Origin: a virus
Virus record (IMG/VR): IMGVR_UViG_3300043777_000365
Coordinates: 22,754-86,753 of that record
Length of the DNA: 64,000 bases
Direction: 5' to 3' (one strand)
Part shown: positions 41,742 to 52,128 of the stretch, one piece after another
How the letters are laid out: each line of letters opens with the position of its first letter
Numbering within the stretch: position 1 is the stretch's first letter
The notes under the pieces: generated by a model
Told to the model about the DNA's origin: nothing
The model's database searches: none
What the model saw: the letters and a program-made list of their open reading frames with translations, nothing else
Program-made: the position numbers and the translations under genes

Positions 41742-43502
41742 CTACGGGCCGGCTTCGCTGAACGACCCGCCGGCTCCCGACGCATCCCCGCCTCCTCCCG
41801 GCGCGCCGCCCTTGCCCGGCGCCCCCGCCGACCCGGCGACCACGACCGCCACCCCGTCCGTCGGGTCCACCGTCGCCTGCACCTGCCTGCCCCCGGCGTC
41901 CGCGTCCTCGAAGAGCGAGGCCTTCTCCGCGCGCTGCTGCGCCTGCTCCTGCGAGTAGCGCCTCCACTCCTCCTCAGGGTCCTTGCCCAGCACCACCGCC
42001 GCGTCCTCCACGGCCGTCTGCTTCGCGATGACGGCCGTGTTCCCGGCCGCCGCCCCGAGGCTCGCCAGCCCCTTCTGCCGGTCGTCCGGGGTCGTCTGGA
42101 AGTACGGGCCCCACACGTTCTCGTAGTCGCTGCTCGCCCCCGGCGAGCGCGGGGTCGGGTCCACCTTCCCCTGGACCACCCGCGGCGGCAGGTAGAGGAA
42201 CTGCCCGGTCCCGTCGGCCATCTTCCTCCGGGCGACCGTCATCATCTGGCTGATGAGCCGCCGCTTCGCCTCGCCGTACTGCTCGCGCAGCACGTCGCAC
42301 TTGGCCGTCATCGCCGAGTAGATGACCTTGAGCGCCACCGACGAGATGCCCTGGGCGGCGACCTCGTTCGGGTCGGTGAGCACGCACTGCCCCACGTCGA
42401 GCACGTTCTGCTTCTGCTGCTCGAAGAACTTCAGCCCGGCCTCGATGCTCGTGCCGGCGAGCTCCATGTAGTGCGCGTCGCCGCCCTCGCCGACGGTGAG
42501 GGCGTTCTCGCTCCCCTTCTTCACCGAGCCCATCTTCACGAGCACCGGGGCAACCTGGAGCACCAGCGTCGGGTCGAGGTTCAGCACGCAGCCCTTGGTG
42601 AGCACGGAGTTCAGCACGTCCAGCGTGTCGAAGTTCTCGTAGAGCCCGTCGTAGTCGGCCTCGCCGTCGACCTCGTCGGAGGGGAGGTTCTGGCACCACA
42701 CGAACGGGCAGAACCCGTTGTCGTGCCGGTCGCTGTGCTCCTCGTCGGGGACCCACACGGGCTCCACCTTCGGGTCGAACCGGACCGGGAGCATGGTCAC
42801 GTCCAGCTGCTCGTCCCAGTAGCGGTGGTGCCAGTAGTAGTTGCGGATGAACGCCCCCTTCTCCCCGTCCCACTCGTCCTTCGGGTACCGGTAGACCTCG
42901 CTCACCTCCGCCGGCACGAGCAGCTCGCGGTCGGCCCACCGGTGCACGAACAGGTGCTTGGCCGAGTGCACGTTCACCCGCGGGCGGCCGAGGTGGAAGC
43001 TCCAGGAGAAGCCCACCGTCCCGCAGGAGCCGCCCTCGCCGCGCGCCTGGATGAACCGCGCCTGGAGCGCCGCCGCCTTGTCGAGGGCGTTGGCGAAGTC
43101 CGCCGCGGCGTCGTCGCCCGGGGTCTCGACGCGCGGCCACCTCTGCTCGCCGATGAGCAGCGCGGTGAACGCGTTCACCATCAGCTTGGGCAGCCGGTAG
43201 GGCGAGCTCGGCTTGCGGAGCGACAGCGGCACGTAGGCCGCGCTCTTCTCCTGCGACAGGTACGGCATCGACGTCGGGGGCCCGGCCTTGGTCGCCCTCC
43301 CCTCGAAGTCGAACGTCTTCCCGTCGTGTTGGCTGCACTTGAAGTAGCTCGACTTGAAGCTCAGCTCCTTGTACCGGACCGAGTCGAGGATGCTCCGGGC
43401 GCTGAAGTTGTCGCCCAGCTTGACCGGGCCGACGCCGGCGCTGGGCTCGCGCGCGGAGGACGACGGGCTGAAGGAACCGGACAGCTGGATCGCGTCGGCC
43501 AT
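41742..43502 (-). CDS. Portal protein (SPP1-like)
   Basis: 586 aa; HDNGFCPFVWCQNLP...GEADY motif; upstream of the MuF-like gene. Confidence 0.8.
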   Translation of the reverse strand: MADAIQLSGSFSPSSSAREPSAGVGPVKLGDNFSARSILDSVRYKELSFKSSYFKCSQHDGKTFDFEGRATKAGPPTSMPYLSQEKSAAYVPLSLRKPSSPYRLPKLMVNAFTALLIGEQRWPRVETPGDDAAADFANALDKAAALQARFIQARGEGGSCGTVGFSWSFHLGRPRVNVHSAKHLFVHRWADRELLVPAEVSEVYRYPKDEWDGEKGAFIRNYYWHHRYWDEQLDVTMLPVRFDPKVEPVWVPDEEHSDRHDNGFCPFVWCQNLPSDEVDGEADYDGLYENFDTLDVLNSVLTKGCVLNLDPTLVLQVAPVLVKMGSVKKGSENALTVGEGGDAHYMELAGTSIEAGLKFFEQQKQNVLDVGQCVLTDPNEVAAQGISSVALKVIYSAMTAKCDVLREQYGEAKRRLISQMMTVARRKMADGTGQFLYLPPRVVQGKVDPTPRSPGASSDYENVWGPYFQTTPDDRQKGLASLGAAAGNTAVIAKQTAVEDAAVVLGKDPEEEWRRYSQEQAQQRAEKASLFEDADAGGRQVQATVDPTDGVAVVVAGSAGAPGKGGAPGGGGDASGAGGSFSEAGP

Positions 43503-43547
43503 GCTCGGCCCACCTTAGCGGAAACCCGGAGGTTCCGGTCCGGCCCC

Positions 43548-44198
43548 TCAGCGCTCTGGGACGGAGAGGGCCGGCGGGGTCTTGCGCGCCTGGAAGAGGA
43601 GCATGTTGAGCACGAGCCCCGTCATTCCCACGGCGAGCGCGCACGCGACGCACACGAGGACGACCCCCAGCTTGGACAGCACCCACCTTTGCCGCTGAAG
43701 CGCCTGGACGGCCTCCTTGGCCGCGTCCCGCTCGGCGAGGAGCTTGTCGAGCTGGTGCTCCGGAAGCTTGAAGCTCCCGGTGTCGCCCCGCTTCAGGGAG
43801 GCCTTCACGTCCTCGGCCGGGCGAATCGAGTCGAAGACGACCTTGCGGGCGACGTTGAGCGGGACGACCTCTGGCGCCGGAGAAACCACCCGGTACTTGC
43901 CCGGCTCCCTCGTCTCGAGGATCGTCACCCGCGCGCTCACCCCCTTGATCTCCTCCTTGAGCTCGGTGCGCACCAGCTCGACGTCCCCCTTCAGCTCCGC
44001 CCGGAGCTCCACCATCGAACCCTTCACCTCGGTGAGCTCGAGGAAGATCGCGTCCATGCTCCTCTGGAGCGCCCGCTTGTGGTCAGGCTCCTCCCTGAGG
44101 AACGCGATGAGAAGCTCGTCTCGCTCTTCGTCTCGGGTCGAGGGCACGGGGGCGAATCTCCTTCGGGGCACAAGGTCTACGACGGGCGCGCAGCTCAT
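43548..44198 (-). CDS. Coiled-coil protein with C-terminal TM helix (holin/spanin-like?)
   Basis: C-terminal hydrophobic segment; function is an inference. Confidence 0.5.
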   Translation of the reverse strand: MSCAPVVDLVPRRRFAPVPSTRDEERDELLIAFLREEPDHKRALQRSMDAIFLELTEVKGSMVELRAELKGDVELVRTELKEEIKGVSARVTILETREPGKYRVVSPAPEVVPLNVARKVVFDSIRPAEDVKASLKRGDTGSFKLPEHQLDKLLAERDAAKEAVQALQRQRWVLSKLGVVLVCVACALAVGMTGLVLNMLLFQARKTPPALSVPER

Positions 44199-44227
44199 CT
44201 AGTGGCATCCTCTCACGGAAGCGTGGC

Positions 44228-45190
44228 TCACAAGCTGAAGCAAACCCAAATGTATCCCGAGCCACCGTTCCCGCCGGCGCCGCCCGCAGTCGACGAACCA
44301 TTGCCACCGCCGCCGCCGCCGCCTGCGCACGTGTTCGCGCCCGCCGCTGACCCAGCATTCGCGGAGCCGGACGCAACACCAGCTCCCCCAGCGCCACCGT
44401 TGCCCGCTGCCTTGACCCCTCCCGCGCCACCACCACCGCCGCCAGAGGTCGCCAGACCGCCGCCCGCCCCACCATGGCCGACGCCGTCGGAGCCCGCTAC
44501 TCCCGCCGTCGCTACGGTGTCCCAGCCGCCGCACCCAGCGGTCGAGAAACAGCCGGTCGTGGTGCCGCTCGTGATCGTTCCGGTCGTCGACTGGCAATAG
44601 TTGTTCGATCCGTTAGAGAGCGACCCGCTCCCACCACACGCGCTACCCGACGCGGTGATCGAGCCCCCCGCGCCGCCGCTCGCCCCGACATACCCGTCGA
44701 GCGAACCGCTGACCGTGGACGTGCTCCCCACGGCACCCGCCGTGCCCGCTGCGCCCGCGGTACCGGACGGACCAGTGCCCCCCGCACCAGCCGTGATCGT
44801 GTAGCTCGTGTTCGGGGCCGGATTGACGATGTGGCACTGGTACTGAGACGCTCCGCCTCCACCACCGCCACCAGAGTTTGACGCCGCGGAGCCGCCGCTG
44901 CCACCCGAGCCACCGCCGCCGCACCCGCAGTCTATCCACCACACGACGCCGGGTGGGTCGAGGAACGCCGTCCCAGACGTGGAGGTGTATTGCACGCACG
45001 TCAGCTGCGAAGCCTTCGCCTCGGGGAGGTCGAACCAGGACGGCCCGACCTCGAGGGCGCGCGCTTGGATCTGGGTGAGCGCAAGCCACTGGCTGTAGCC
45101 CTTCTTGGGCAGAGGCGAGCAGAGGCACGCGTACGCGGCGAGGAGGAGACCGAGGAGCTTGGAGAGTCGTTTCATCATAGGAGCCACCAT
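44228..45190 (-). CDS. Glycine-rich domain protein with signal-like N-terminus
   Basis: Repeated GGGGG.G motifs ending GGNGGSGYIWV; MKRLSKLLGLLLAAYAC. Confidence 0.65.
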   Translation of the reverse strand: MVAPMMKRLSKLLGLLLAAYACLCSPLPKKGYSQWLALTQIQARALEVGPSWFDLPEAKASQLTCVQYTSTSGTAFLDPPGVVWWIDCGCGGGGSGGSGGSAASNSGGGGGGGASQYQCHIVNPAPNTSYTITAGAGGTGPSGTAGAAGTAGAVGSTSTVSGSLDGYVGASGGAGGSITASGSACGGSGSLSNGSNNYCQSTTGTITSGTTTGCFSTAGCGGWDTVATAGVAGSDGVGHGGAGGGLATSGGGGGGAGGVKAAGNGGAGGAGVASGSANAGSAAGANTCAGGGGGGGNGSSTAGGAGGNGGSGYIWVCFSL

Positions 45191-48100
45191 GCCGATCCAT
45201 CGTCGTAGAAGCAGATCTTTCCGTAATTAGTTCCAAAGACGTAGCTCGCCGCGACCCCGTCGATGTTCCCGGTGCCACCCGCGCGCGCGAAGGTCGCGTT
45301 GTTCGTAGAGATGGTCCCCGAGATGTCCTTCGCGCAGATGTAGCGGCCCGTGTTCGTCGCGTTGTGCGCGGGGAGCGTGATCGTCTTCGCCGCGGACAGG
45401 TTGAGGAGCAGGAACCCATCACTCGACGTCGAGTTCGTGTCGATCGTGTACGTGTTGGTGATCGTCAGCGGGTGAATGCGGAATCCGGTGACGACGTTGA
45501 CCGCGCCGCCGAACCCCGCGCTCGACTGCCCGAGCCCGCCACTCAGTGCGAGGTCGCCTCCCGTCTTGTTCGTGCTAGCAGCCGAATATGCGCTCTGTCC
45601 CTGGATTGTGAACGTTATGGGCGCAACGTCGCTCGCCTTTGCATCAACAACGATCGCCGCTGAGGTGTCCGCGACGCCGAAGTGAAACTCTGCCGCGGCC
45701 TCAATATCGAGATACTCGTTGGCAGTGCCTGCAGTGGTTCCGCCGTAAAAGAGGCTCGGCGCAGCCGGCCAGTACTCGACGAAGAACGAGCCGCCGCTGA
45801 GCATGGCTAGCGCGCCTGGGGAGTTGATATACGTGTACGAGGCGCCGTCACCGGTGATTGAGTAGTTCGACGTCGTCGGCGCGGATGTTCCTACCCAGAA
45901 TTGCGCTCTCGCGTTGGCGGTCGAGTATCCCGCCGACATTGCGCGGTTGGACCCCTCGAAAACCTGAAGGAACGGATCGGCTCCGCTACCCGTCGGAGCA
46001 GACAGGCCCACGACGACGTTCCCGGGCGTCCCGTTGGTCGTCGCGCCGGAGCCAGGCGACAGGACCAAGTTCCCACCCGTGCGGTTCGTCACCGCGCTCG
46101 CGTAGGCGCTCGAAGCTTGGATCGTCAGGTTGTTGGGGACCCCATCGGTCCCATATGCAGCCTGATAGATGAGCGGAGCGTAGCCGTAGTTCGAGAACTC
46201 GAAATCTTGCCCGTTGAAGAGCAGGTTCGATCCTCCGAGCGACAAGCTGTTCCCAGCCCCATCCTCAATTTGGACCGTGGGCCCGCCGATGAGCGTCTGA
46301 GCCGGGTTGTTGACGCTCCCGATGAGCACGTCGTTGGAGTTGTCCGAGCCGAAGACGACGATCTCGCCTGTCCCCGCAGCCGTCTGCGCGAACACGCACG
46401 ACGTGTTGTTCGGGCAGAGCCCGCCCCAGTAGCTCGGCCCAGGGTTCCCTGAGTACATCGAGGTCCAGATGTAGTTCCCGACGAAGCCCGCCCCGAGGTC
46501 GTTCGGGTGGACCCCGTCGGCCGCGAGCATGGTCGAGGTGCTGTAGTTCGGGGCGTTCGCGATGTCGACGAGCGTGACCCACGGCCGCGATGCCGCGTAG
46601 TTTCGGACGCCGGTCCGGTAGACGGAGTTGAGCTCGCCGTTGCCGTTCGTGATCGCCTCGTTGCCTGAGCTCTCGAGCGCCCACGTCGCCACGTAGAACG
46701 TCGCGTTTGGGATGGCCGCATGGAGCGCGTCGTTGGCCCACGTGTAGGCGGCCTGGAACGCCGTGACCGAGCCGTACTTGGTGAGCGCCCAATCGTTCCG
46801 TCCGAGGACTTGCAGGATCTTCGTTGGGTGCGCCATCGAGAGCCGCGAGATCGTCGCGGACGCCACCGCCGGCGTGCTGAACATCTGCCAGAGCGAGATC
46901 GACCCCCACGCCTCGACGAGCCAGGACGCGGCCGGAGTGTCCCGACGAAGGACCGCGTCGACCCCCGTGACCGGCGGGTTGGAGGCGTCGAATCCGCCCT
47001 CTTTCGAGTCACCCAGCAGAAGGACCCGGTCGTTGTTCGTCGGCGGCGGGACGACTTGGAAATATGCACTCTGCGGCACGTACACGCCGAGCACGTACGA
47101 GCCCTCGCTCGCCGTGTAGTACGGCTGGACCGTGGTCCCATAGACCTGCATCGCCCCGGTCCACACCTCGACGAGGTTGAGCCCCGAGGGGAGCGAACAC
47201 GAGTCGACGTCGAAATACTGGTACTGCGGCGAGAGGGTGCATTGCTCACGCCCGTTCACGTAAACGGCGATGTTCCCGTAGGGCGCCGTTCCCTGCGCGT
47301 TGAACGCTTGCACGGCGATTGCCGAAGCGTTCGTCCAAAAGACGAACCGGCTGTAGGGGGATTCGAGCCGCACGGGGATGCCCGCGGCGAGTTCGTTGAT
47401 CATCTCGTCGTGGATGTTGTCCCAGAGAAGGCGCGGTGAGGCGTTGTACCGGACGAACGGTTGGGTGAGCGACGGGATCGTGGTCGCGGTCGGCACGACC
47501 CTCACCTTGCCGATGAGCGCTTGCGCCGCGGAGCTGCTCGGGTAGATGACGGCCTCGACGATTCCCGCCGTGGGGGTCACGCTCGTCGTCTCGCACGTCT
47601 GCCAGCTCGACGTGAGCGTGCACGCGACGGTCGAGAGCGAAGACCCTTGGTAGAGCATCACGTTGATCGTCGACGACCCGACGCCCATGGGCAGCTTCGC
47701 GTCGACCTGGAGCTGGAAGGAGGTCGCTCCGGAGATCGCACTGAACTCGTTCTCGAGGTACCAGGACGCGATGCCGGTAGGGTTCACCCACGTGGCGTCG
47801 CCATATCCGTCGACGGTCGTGCCCGCGTTCGGCTGGAGCAGGGGAGCGTCGCCAGCAAACGACGGCACGGACTGCCACTCCGCCTGCGACACGTCTCCCA
47901 TGACGATCGAGTTGAGATCCTGGACGAGGCCTGGCGGGTTGACGTTCGTGAGCGCGCCGGCGCTACCATCGAAGCCGCCGCCGCCCCCCGCGCTGACGCA
48001 CTGGAGGCCCGCGCCGCCGTCCACCGGGCCGTACGCCTGCCCCGCGGAGCAGCTCGGGAACACGAGCCCCGGGGCGTTGCCGACGCTGGTGCCGTTCACC

Positions 48101-48252
48101 GTCATCGGGAAGACGGGGCTGCCCACGCCGACCACGTGGACGCCGGCGTCGGCCTTGCCGGCGTCCGACGCAGGGGCGCCCGGCTGGCACCCGAACAAGG
48201 CGAGCAGCAGGGCCGCGAGGGCCCAGATCCTACTGGTAGAAGTTCGCACCAT
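45175..48252 (-). CDS. Large lipoprotein-signal protein with SGNH hydrolase domain and fibre-like C-terminus
   Basis: LLLALFGC lipobox; GDSK, LGRND and DGVHPN SGNH blocks. Confidence 0.75.
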   Translation of the reverse strand: MVRTSTSRIWALAALLLALFGCQPGAPASDAGKADAGVHVVGVGSPVFPMTVNGTSVGNAPGLVFPSCSAGQAYGPVDGGAGLQCVSAGGGGGFDGSAGALTNVNPPGLVQDLNSIVMGDVSQAEWQSVPSFAGDAPLLQPNAGTTVDGYGDATWVNPTGIASWYLENEFSAISGATSFQLQVDAKLPMGVGSSTINVMLYQGSSLSTVACTLTSSWQTCETTSVTPTAGIVEAVIYPSSSAAQALIGKVRVVPTATTIPSLTQPFVRYNASPRLLWDNIHDEMINELAAGIPVRLESPYSRFVFWTNASAIAVQAFNAQGTAPYGNIAVYVNGREQCTLSPQYQYFDVDSCSLPSGLNLVEVWTGAMQVYGTTVQPYYTASEGSYVLGVYVPQSAYFQVVPPPTNNDRVLLLGDSKEGGFDASNPPVTGVDAVLRRDTPAASWLVEAWGSISLWQMFSTPAVASATISRLSMAHPTKILQVLGRNDWALTKYGSVTAFQAAYTWANDALHAAIPNATFYVATWALESSGNEAITNGNGELNSVYRTGVRNYAASRPWVTLVDIANAPNYSTSTMLAADGVHPNDLGAGFVGNYIWTSMYSGNPGPSYWGGLCPNNTSCVFAQTAAGTGEIVVFGSDNSNDVLIGSVNNPAQTLIGGPTVQIEDGAGNSLSLGGSNLLFNGQDFEFSNYGYAPLIYQAAYGTDGVPNNLTIQASSAYASAVTNRTGGNLVLSPGSGATTNGTPGNVVVGLSAPTGSGADPFLQVFEGSNRAMSAGYSTANARAQFWVGTSAPTTSNYSITGDGASYTYINSPGALAMLSGGSFFVEYWPAAPSLFYGGTTAGTANEYLDIEAAAEFHFGVADTSAAIVVDAKASDVAPITFTIQGQSAYSAASTNKTGGDLALSGGLGQSSAGFGGAVNVVTGFRIHPLTITNTYTIDTNSTSSDGFLLLNLSAAKTITLPAHNATNTGRYICAKDISGTISTNNATFARAGGTGNIDGVAASYVFGTNYGKICFYDDGSAWWLL

Positions 48253-49012
48253 CAGGGCTCCTCCAATTGAGCTCGTCCCCGTTCGCGCTCATCACGATCG
48301 CGGTCCCGTTCGTCCCGAGCACCCCGGGGGTCAGCCGGCCCTCGTAGGCGGCGCTCCCGCTCGTCGTGTTGAGCGTGCACGTGTACGACCCGTTGTTGCC
48401 GACGAGCTTCACCCCGTAGCCGCCGAACGCCGGCCAGGGCGTGGCCGGCGTGACCGTCACGCTCGCCCCGATGGTCGACAGCGGCACCCAGAGGTACTGC
48501 CCGGGCTGCACCGTCACCGTCGTCGTGCTCACGACCTTCTGCACGTTGCCGCTGGCCGCCGCCAGGACCCAGAGCAGGTTCAGCCACGCCTCCATGAACA
48601 CGTCCCAGCCCGTCGTCTGGGACGAGAAGTTCATGGAGAGGTTGTTCCCGGTGAACGCCGGGATGAGGTAGCTCACCCCGCCGATGGCCCCGGTGTAGAT
48701 GCCGAACGCGAGGGCCTGCGTGCTGGTGGCGGCCGTCGTGTTGTCGGTGACCTGGAGCTGCACGATGTAGCAGCCGGGCACGTCCGGGGTGAAGGTCCAC
48801 GTCTGCGTGGAGCCCGTCTGCACGATCCCGGTGGGCACCGCGCTCCCGCTCGGCACCCCGAGCACCGTGAAGGTCCAGGTGCCCGGGTCGGGCGAGGGGT
48901 TGGTGCCCCCGTTGGACACCGTGACGGCCGTGCCGGCCACGCCGATGAGGGCCACCCCGGGCGTGCCGACGGTGGCCCCCTGGACGAACTTCACGAGGGT
49001 GTTCACCGCCAC
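48230..49012 (-). CDS. Beta-sandwich (PKD/Ig-like) structural protein
   Basis: WTFTVLGVPSGS...FTPDVPGCYIVQLQVTD. Confidence 0.6.
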   Translation of the reverse strand: MAVNTLVKFVQGATVGTPGVALIGVAGTAVTVSNGGTNPSPDPGTWTFTVLGVPSGSAVPTGIVQTGSTQTWTFTPDVPGCYIVQLQVTDNTTAATSTQALAFGIYTGAIGGVSYLIPAFTGNNLSMNFSSQTTGWDVFMEAWLNLLWVLAAASGNVQKVVSTTTVTVQPGQYLWVPLSTIGASVTVTPATPWPAFGGYGVKLVGNNGSYTCTLNTTSGSAAYEGRLTPGVLGTNGTAIVMSANGDELNWRSPDGANFYQ

Positions 49013-49069
49013 GTCTGCACCATGAGCGCGACCTTATCAGCGACCCAACCCCGCCGCATGCGCCCCGGG

Positions 49070-49089
49070 TTGGAAACCCGGGTTTCCAA
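49070..49089. repeat. 20-bp palindrome copy 13
   Basis: Exact; intergenic. Confidence 0.95.
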
Positions 49090-49098
49090 CCCCACGGG

Positions 49099-49674
49099 CT
49101 AGGTGACGTTGTCGGCGAACGACGGGGCCATCGCGAACTGGTAGGTGCCGGCGCCGAGCGAGCCCGCGTCCACCCGGAGCATGAGCGCGAGGCTGCCCGG
49201 GTCCGCCTGGAGCGACGTCCCCGGGTTGCGGGCGAACGGCTGCTGCGCGGCCGACTGCGACTGGGCCCCGGTGGCCGTGCCGGACATCGGGGGCTCGCCG
49301 AACGTCGGCACCGTCACCGACACGAGGCTGCCGCTCGTTAGCGTGGTGCCGCTGAGCGCCGAGCCCAAGAGGTGCCAGTGCTGGGTGAGACCGTCCCAGA
49401 CGAACAGCGAGCACGTCGTCGTCAGCCCCTGCGTCGCCCCGAGGAAGAGGATCGCCACCCGCTTGTAGCTCTCCGCGATCTTCGAGAAGTGCCGCATCGG
49501 GAGGATGTTGTCGCACCCCGTGCTGCCCGCGCTGGCCGTGAACGCCGTGAGCGCCGCGTACTTGGGCGGGGCGATGCCGGCCGTGCCGTAGGCCGTGCGC
49601 GGGTCGATGTCGGCGCCGAGCGCCGGCGACCCGGACCCGCTCACGTTGCGCACGAACTGCAGGTGGAAGTTCAT
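49099..49674 (-). CDS. Hypothetical protein
   Basis: TAGCAT-N7-ATG; 191 aa. Confidence 0.6.
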   Translation of the reverse strand: MNFHLQFVRNVSGSGSPALGADIDPRTAYGTAGIAPPKYAALTAFTASAGSTGCDNILPMRHFSKIAESYKRVAILFLGATQGLTTTCSLFVWDGLTQHWHLLGSALSGTTLTSGSLVSVTVPTFGEPPMSGTATGAQSQSAAQQPFARNPGTSLQADPGSLALMLRVDAGSLGAGTYQFAMAPSFADNVT

Positions 49675-49684
49675 GCCCGGGATG

Positions 49685-50266
49685 CTACTCCGGGTTGGTC
49701 GTCTGCGTGAGCGCCGCCCACACGACGCGCAGCTGCGGCCGCGCCCCCATCGCCGCCCCGTGCAGGCTCACCGAGGCCTTCGCGTCGATGGGCTGGTGGA
49801 TGCGCGCCGAGCCGGCGACCGTCCAGCCGCCCCACTCGTCCGGCTGGCCGAGCTGCTCGAGGTCCACCCGGTCGCGCTCCGCCCCCTCGAGCGACGCCTG
49901 GAAGCCCCCGCGCTGCGTGCCGTCGGGCACGAGCCTCAGCATCCCGCGAACAGGGTCGAGCTTGCCGTCGAGCGCCTGGGGCACGTCCGCCGTCGGCACG
50001 AGCCGCGCGGCCCAGTGCAGGTAGTGCATGTCGTGCAGGGCGTAGATGCTCAGAGGGCAGACGGCCTGGTGGCCGCCGGTGGGCAGCGCCCAGCCCTTGC
50101 CCCACGCCCGCTTGAAGAAGCCCGCGTCCGCCGCGAGCCGCAGCGCCGCCGCCACGCACGGCATGAGGCACGCGCCCCGCTTCGCCAGGTGCCGGGCCAT
50201 CTCCACCTCCGGCACCAACGCCCCCTCCCAATACTCGCCCAACGGGTCCCAGACGACCACATGCAT
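49685..50266 (-). CDS. Hypothetical protein
   Basis: 193 aa ORF filling the gap. Confidence 0.5.
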   Translation of the reverse strand: MHVVVWDPLGEYWEGALVPEVEMARHLAKRGACLMPCVAAALRLAADAGFFKRAWGKGWALPTGGHQAVCPLSIYALHDMHYLHWAARLVPTADVPQALDGKLDPVRGMLRLVPDGTQRGGFQASLEGAERDRVDLEQLGQPDEWGGWTVAGSARIHQPIDAKASVSLHGAAMGARPQLRVVWAALTQTTNPE

Positions 50267-50298
50267 GACGCTTCGAGCCTCCCGCCTCGGAAGCTACC

Positions 50299-50529
50299 TC
50301 ACTTCGGGCAGGGAACCACCAACGCTTTGCCGGCCTCGTCCCGGACGAGGCGCGCCTGGGTGATGGCGTCGGCCACGTCGCACGGGCCCGCGTCCGTGCT
50401 CGTGATCACCCACGCGTCGGGTACGGGCGGCACCGCCGCGCTCGGCGTGCACCCGAGCAGCACCAGCGCCGCCCCCACGACCCCCAACGCCACCATCCCC
50501 GCCGCCGCCGCGATCTCCCTCGCCGTCAT
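50299..50529 (-). CDS. Small lipoprotein (o-spanin-like?)
   Basis: LVLLGC lipobox; ATGA coupling. Confidence 0.55.
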   Translation of the reverse strand: MTAREIAAAAGMVALGVVGAALVLLGCTPSAAVPPVPDAWVITSTDAGPCDVADAITQARLVRDEAGKALVVPCPK

Positions 50530-51404
50530 GACGCTCCTCCGTCCGTGAAGGGGATCAGGGACCAGGCGTTGCACACCCAGTCCTCCGAGGCCCAGCAGTA
50601 CCCGCCCATGCACCAGCTCTTCCCCCACGAGTTGAGCACCTTGTAGAGCCGCACGAGCGTGCCGTTGATGGGCGCCGTCTTGTAGCCGAGGATGGCCTGG
50701 GCGTGGCCGCCCGCCGACGGGTCGCTCGTCGGGCAGGTCTGCGCGACGTCGCCCGGGCCGAGCGCCTGGTAGGCCTGGCCCACGAGGTTGCCCGTCCACA
50801 CGCCGACCCCGGCCTCGAGCGAGGCCGCCACGAGGTCCCCCGCCGAGCTGCCCGTCTTGACGTCGTACGGGCCGCCGAACGGCACCGTCGCCCCGGTCTC
50901 CACCGCGATGACCTCGAGCTCCGGGACGGCGATGGCGTTGCCCATGTCGTCCTGGGTGGCCGGCATGTCCGTGTCGCCGCTCTGCTGGGGGGTGCCGAAC
51001 GGCTGGCTGCCCCACTGCGCGAACGCCCGGCACGCGTCGTCGAGCTGCGCCCCGGTGTCCTGCAGGTCGGGCAGGTCGCCGGTCGGGTTCTGCTGCGCGC
51101 GGTAGACCGCGTAGAGCGTCTGGGCGAAGTAGAGCGGGCTCTGCAGCACCGGCGTCTCCGGAAGGTGGACTGGACCGCGCTGCGCGTCGAACACGTACTT
51201 GAGGGCGGCGGCCGAGTGCGCCCAGCACGTCTCGCTGACCCCCTGGTCGAGCACCCTCGCCACGTGGGGGGTGAGGTCGGCGGAGCCCTTGAGCGCCTTG
51301 AGCGCCGCGGCGATGGGGGCGTGCTGCTCGGCGCCCACCCGCTGGTGTGCCGTTGATGGGTCTTGTGGGTTGAGCCCGCGCCGCCTCACGACCAAGTCCA
51401 CCAT
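50526..51404 (-). CDS. Papain-like (C1) cysteine peptidase
   Basis: DQGVSETCWAHS, GGHAQAILGY, LNSWGKSWCMGGY. Confidence 0.9.
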   Translation of the reverse strand: MVDLVVRRRGLNPQDPSTAHQRVGAEQHAPIAAALKALKGSADLTPHVARVLDQGVSETCWAHSAAALKYVFDAQRGPVHLPETPVLQSPLYFAQTLYAVYRAQQNPTGDLPDLQDTGAQLDDACRAFAQWGSQPFGTPQQSGDTDMPATQDDMGNAIAVPELEVIAVETGATVPFGGPYDVKTGSSAGDLVAASLEAGVGVWTGNLVGQAYQALGPGDVAQTCPTSDPSAGGHAQAILGYKTAPINGTLVRLYKVLNSWGKSWCMGGYCWASEDWVCNAWSLIPFTDGGAS

Positions 51405-51493
51405 CGCCCGTCCCTCCTGAAAGACGAACGCCCCGATCTCTCGGGGCGCCGCGCCTGCCTGTCGCTCCCCGACCAAGAGGAGATGGGCCAAAG

Positions 51494-51967
51494 CTACGGT
51501 CTGTCGACGGAATCCGCAAGGAGCTTGGCCTGGTGCATCCGGTGGCGGGACATCTCCGCCCGCTGCTCACAATCGCGCCCCGCCAAGTACCAGGCGAGCC
51601 TGTCCGCGAACGGGCTCTTCTCGCAGATCTCGAAGCTCTTGTGCATGACGCGCAGCGACGTCTCGGCGGTGGGCTCGCCCCAGCCGCGCCACGTCTGGAA
51701 CCGCCCGAGGCTCGCCCCGTGGTCGCAGTCGTACTTCTTCTGCCGGGCGCACGGGTTCGGGTCGAAGCGGCTCTCCTGGTGGGCCGTGTAGGTGAGCAGC
51801 GCCGCCGTGTACCGGGGATCGTGGCCGATGGGGTTCGCCTCCGCCGCGTCGGCTATCTCCTGGGCCGTCGCCGGGTACGAGGCCGCCCACTCCGGCGTGA
51901 CCCCCCAGCCGTTGGGGTCTTGCAGCTTCACCATCCAAAGCAGCACCGTCATCGCCAGCTTCGTCAT
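51494..51967 (-). CDS. Lytic transglycosylase/lysozyme-fold protein
   Basis: HQESRFDP...SLGRFQ; hydrophobic N-terminus; AGGAGG SD. Confidence 0.65.
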   Translation of the reverse strand: MTKLAMTVLLWMVKLQDPNGWGVTPEWAASYPATAQEIADAAEANPIGHDPRYTAALLTYTAHQESRFDPNPCARQKKYDCDHGASLGRFQTWRGWGEPTAETSLRVMHKSFEICEKSPFADRLAWYLAGRDCEQRAEMSRHRMHQAKLLADSVDRP

Positions 51968-52102
51968 CGGGGGTTTCCTCCTTTCCAGGGTGGGGCAAGA
52001 AAAAGCGCAGCGCTCACAAGTGCCTCGGTCGGGACGGGGGGGCATCCAGACCTAAGACGCGGCGAGCGCTGCGCCGACCCTTATAATGCCGCGCTCGGGG
52101 GG

Positions 52103-52123
52103 TTGGAAACCCCGGGTTTCCAA
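52103..52123. repeat. Palindrome copy 14 (+1 C)
   Basis: TTGGAAACCCCGGGTTTCCAA. Confidence 0.9.
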
Positions 52124-52128
52124 CCCGG

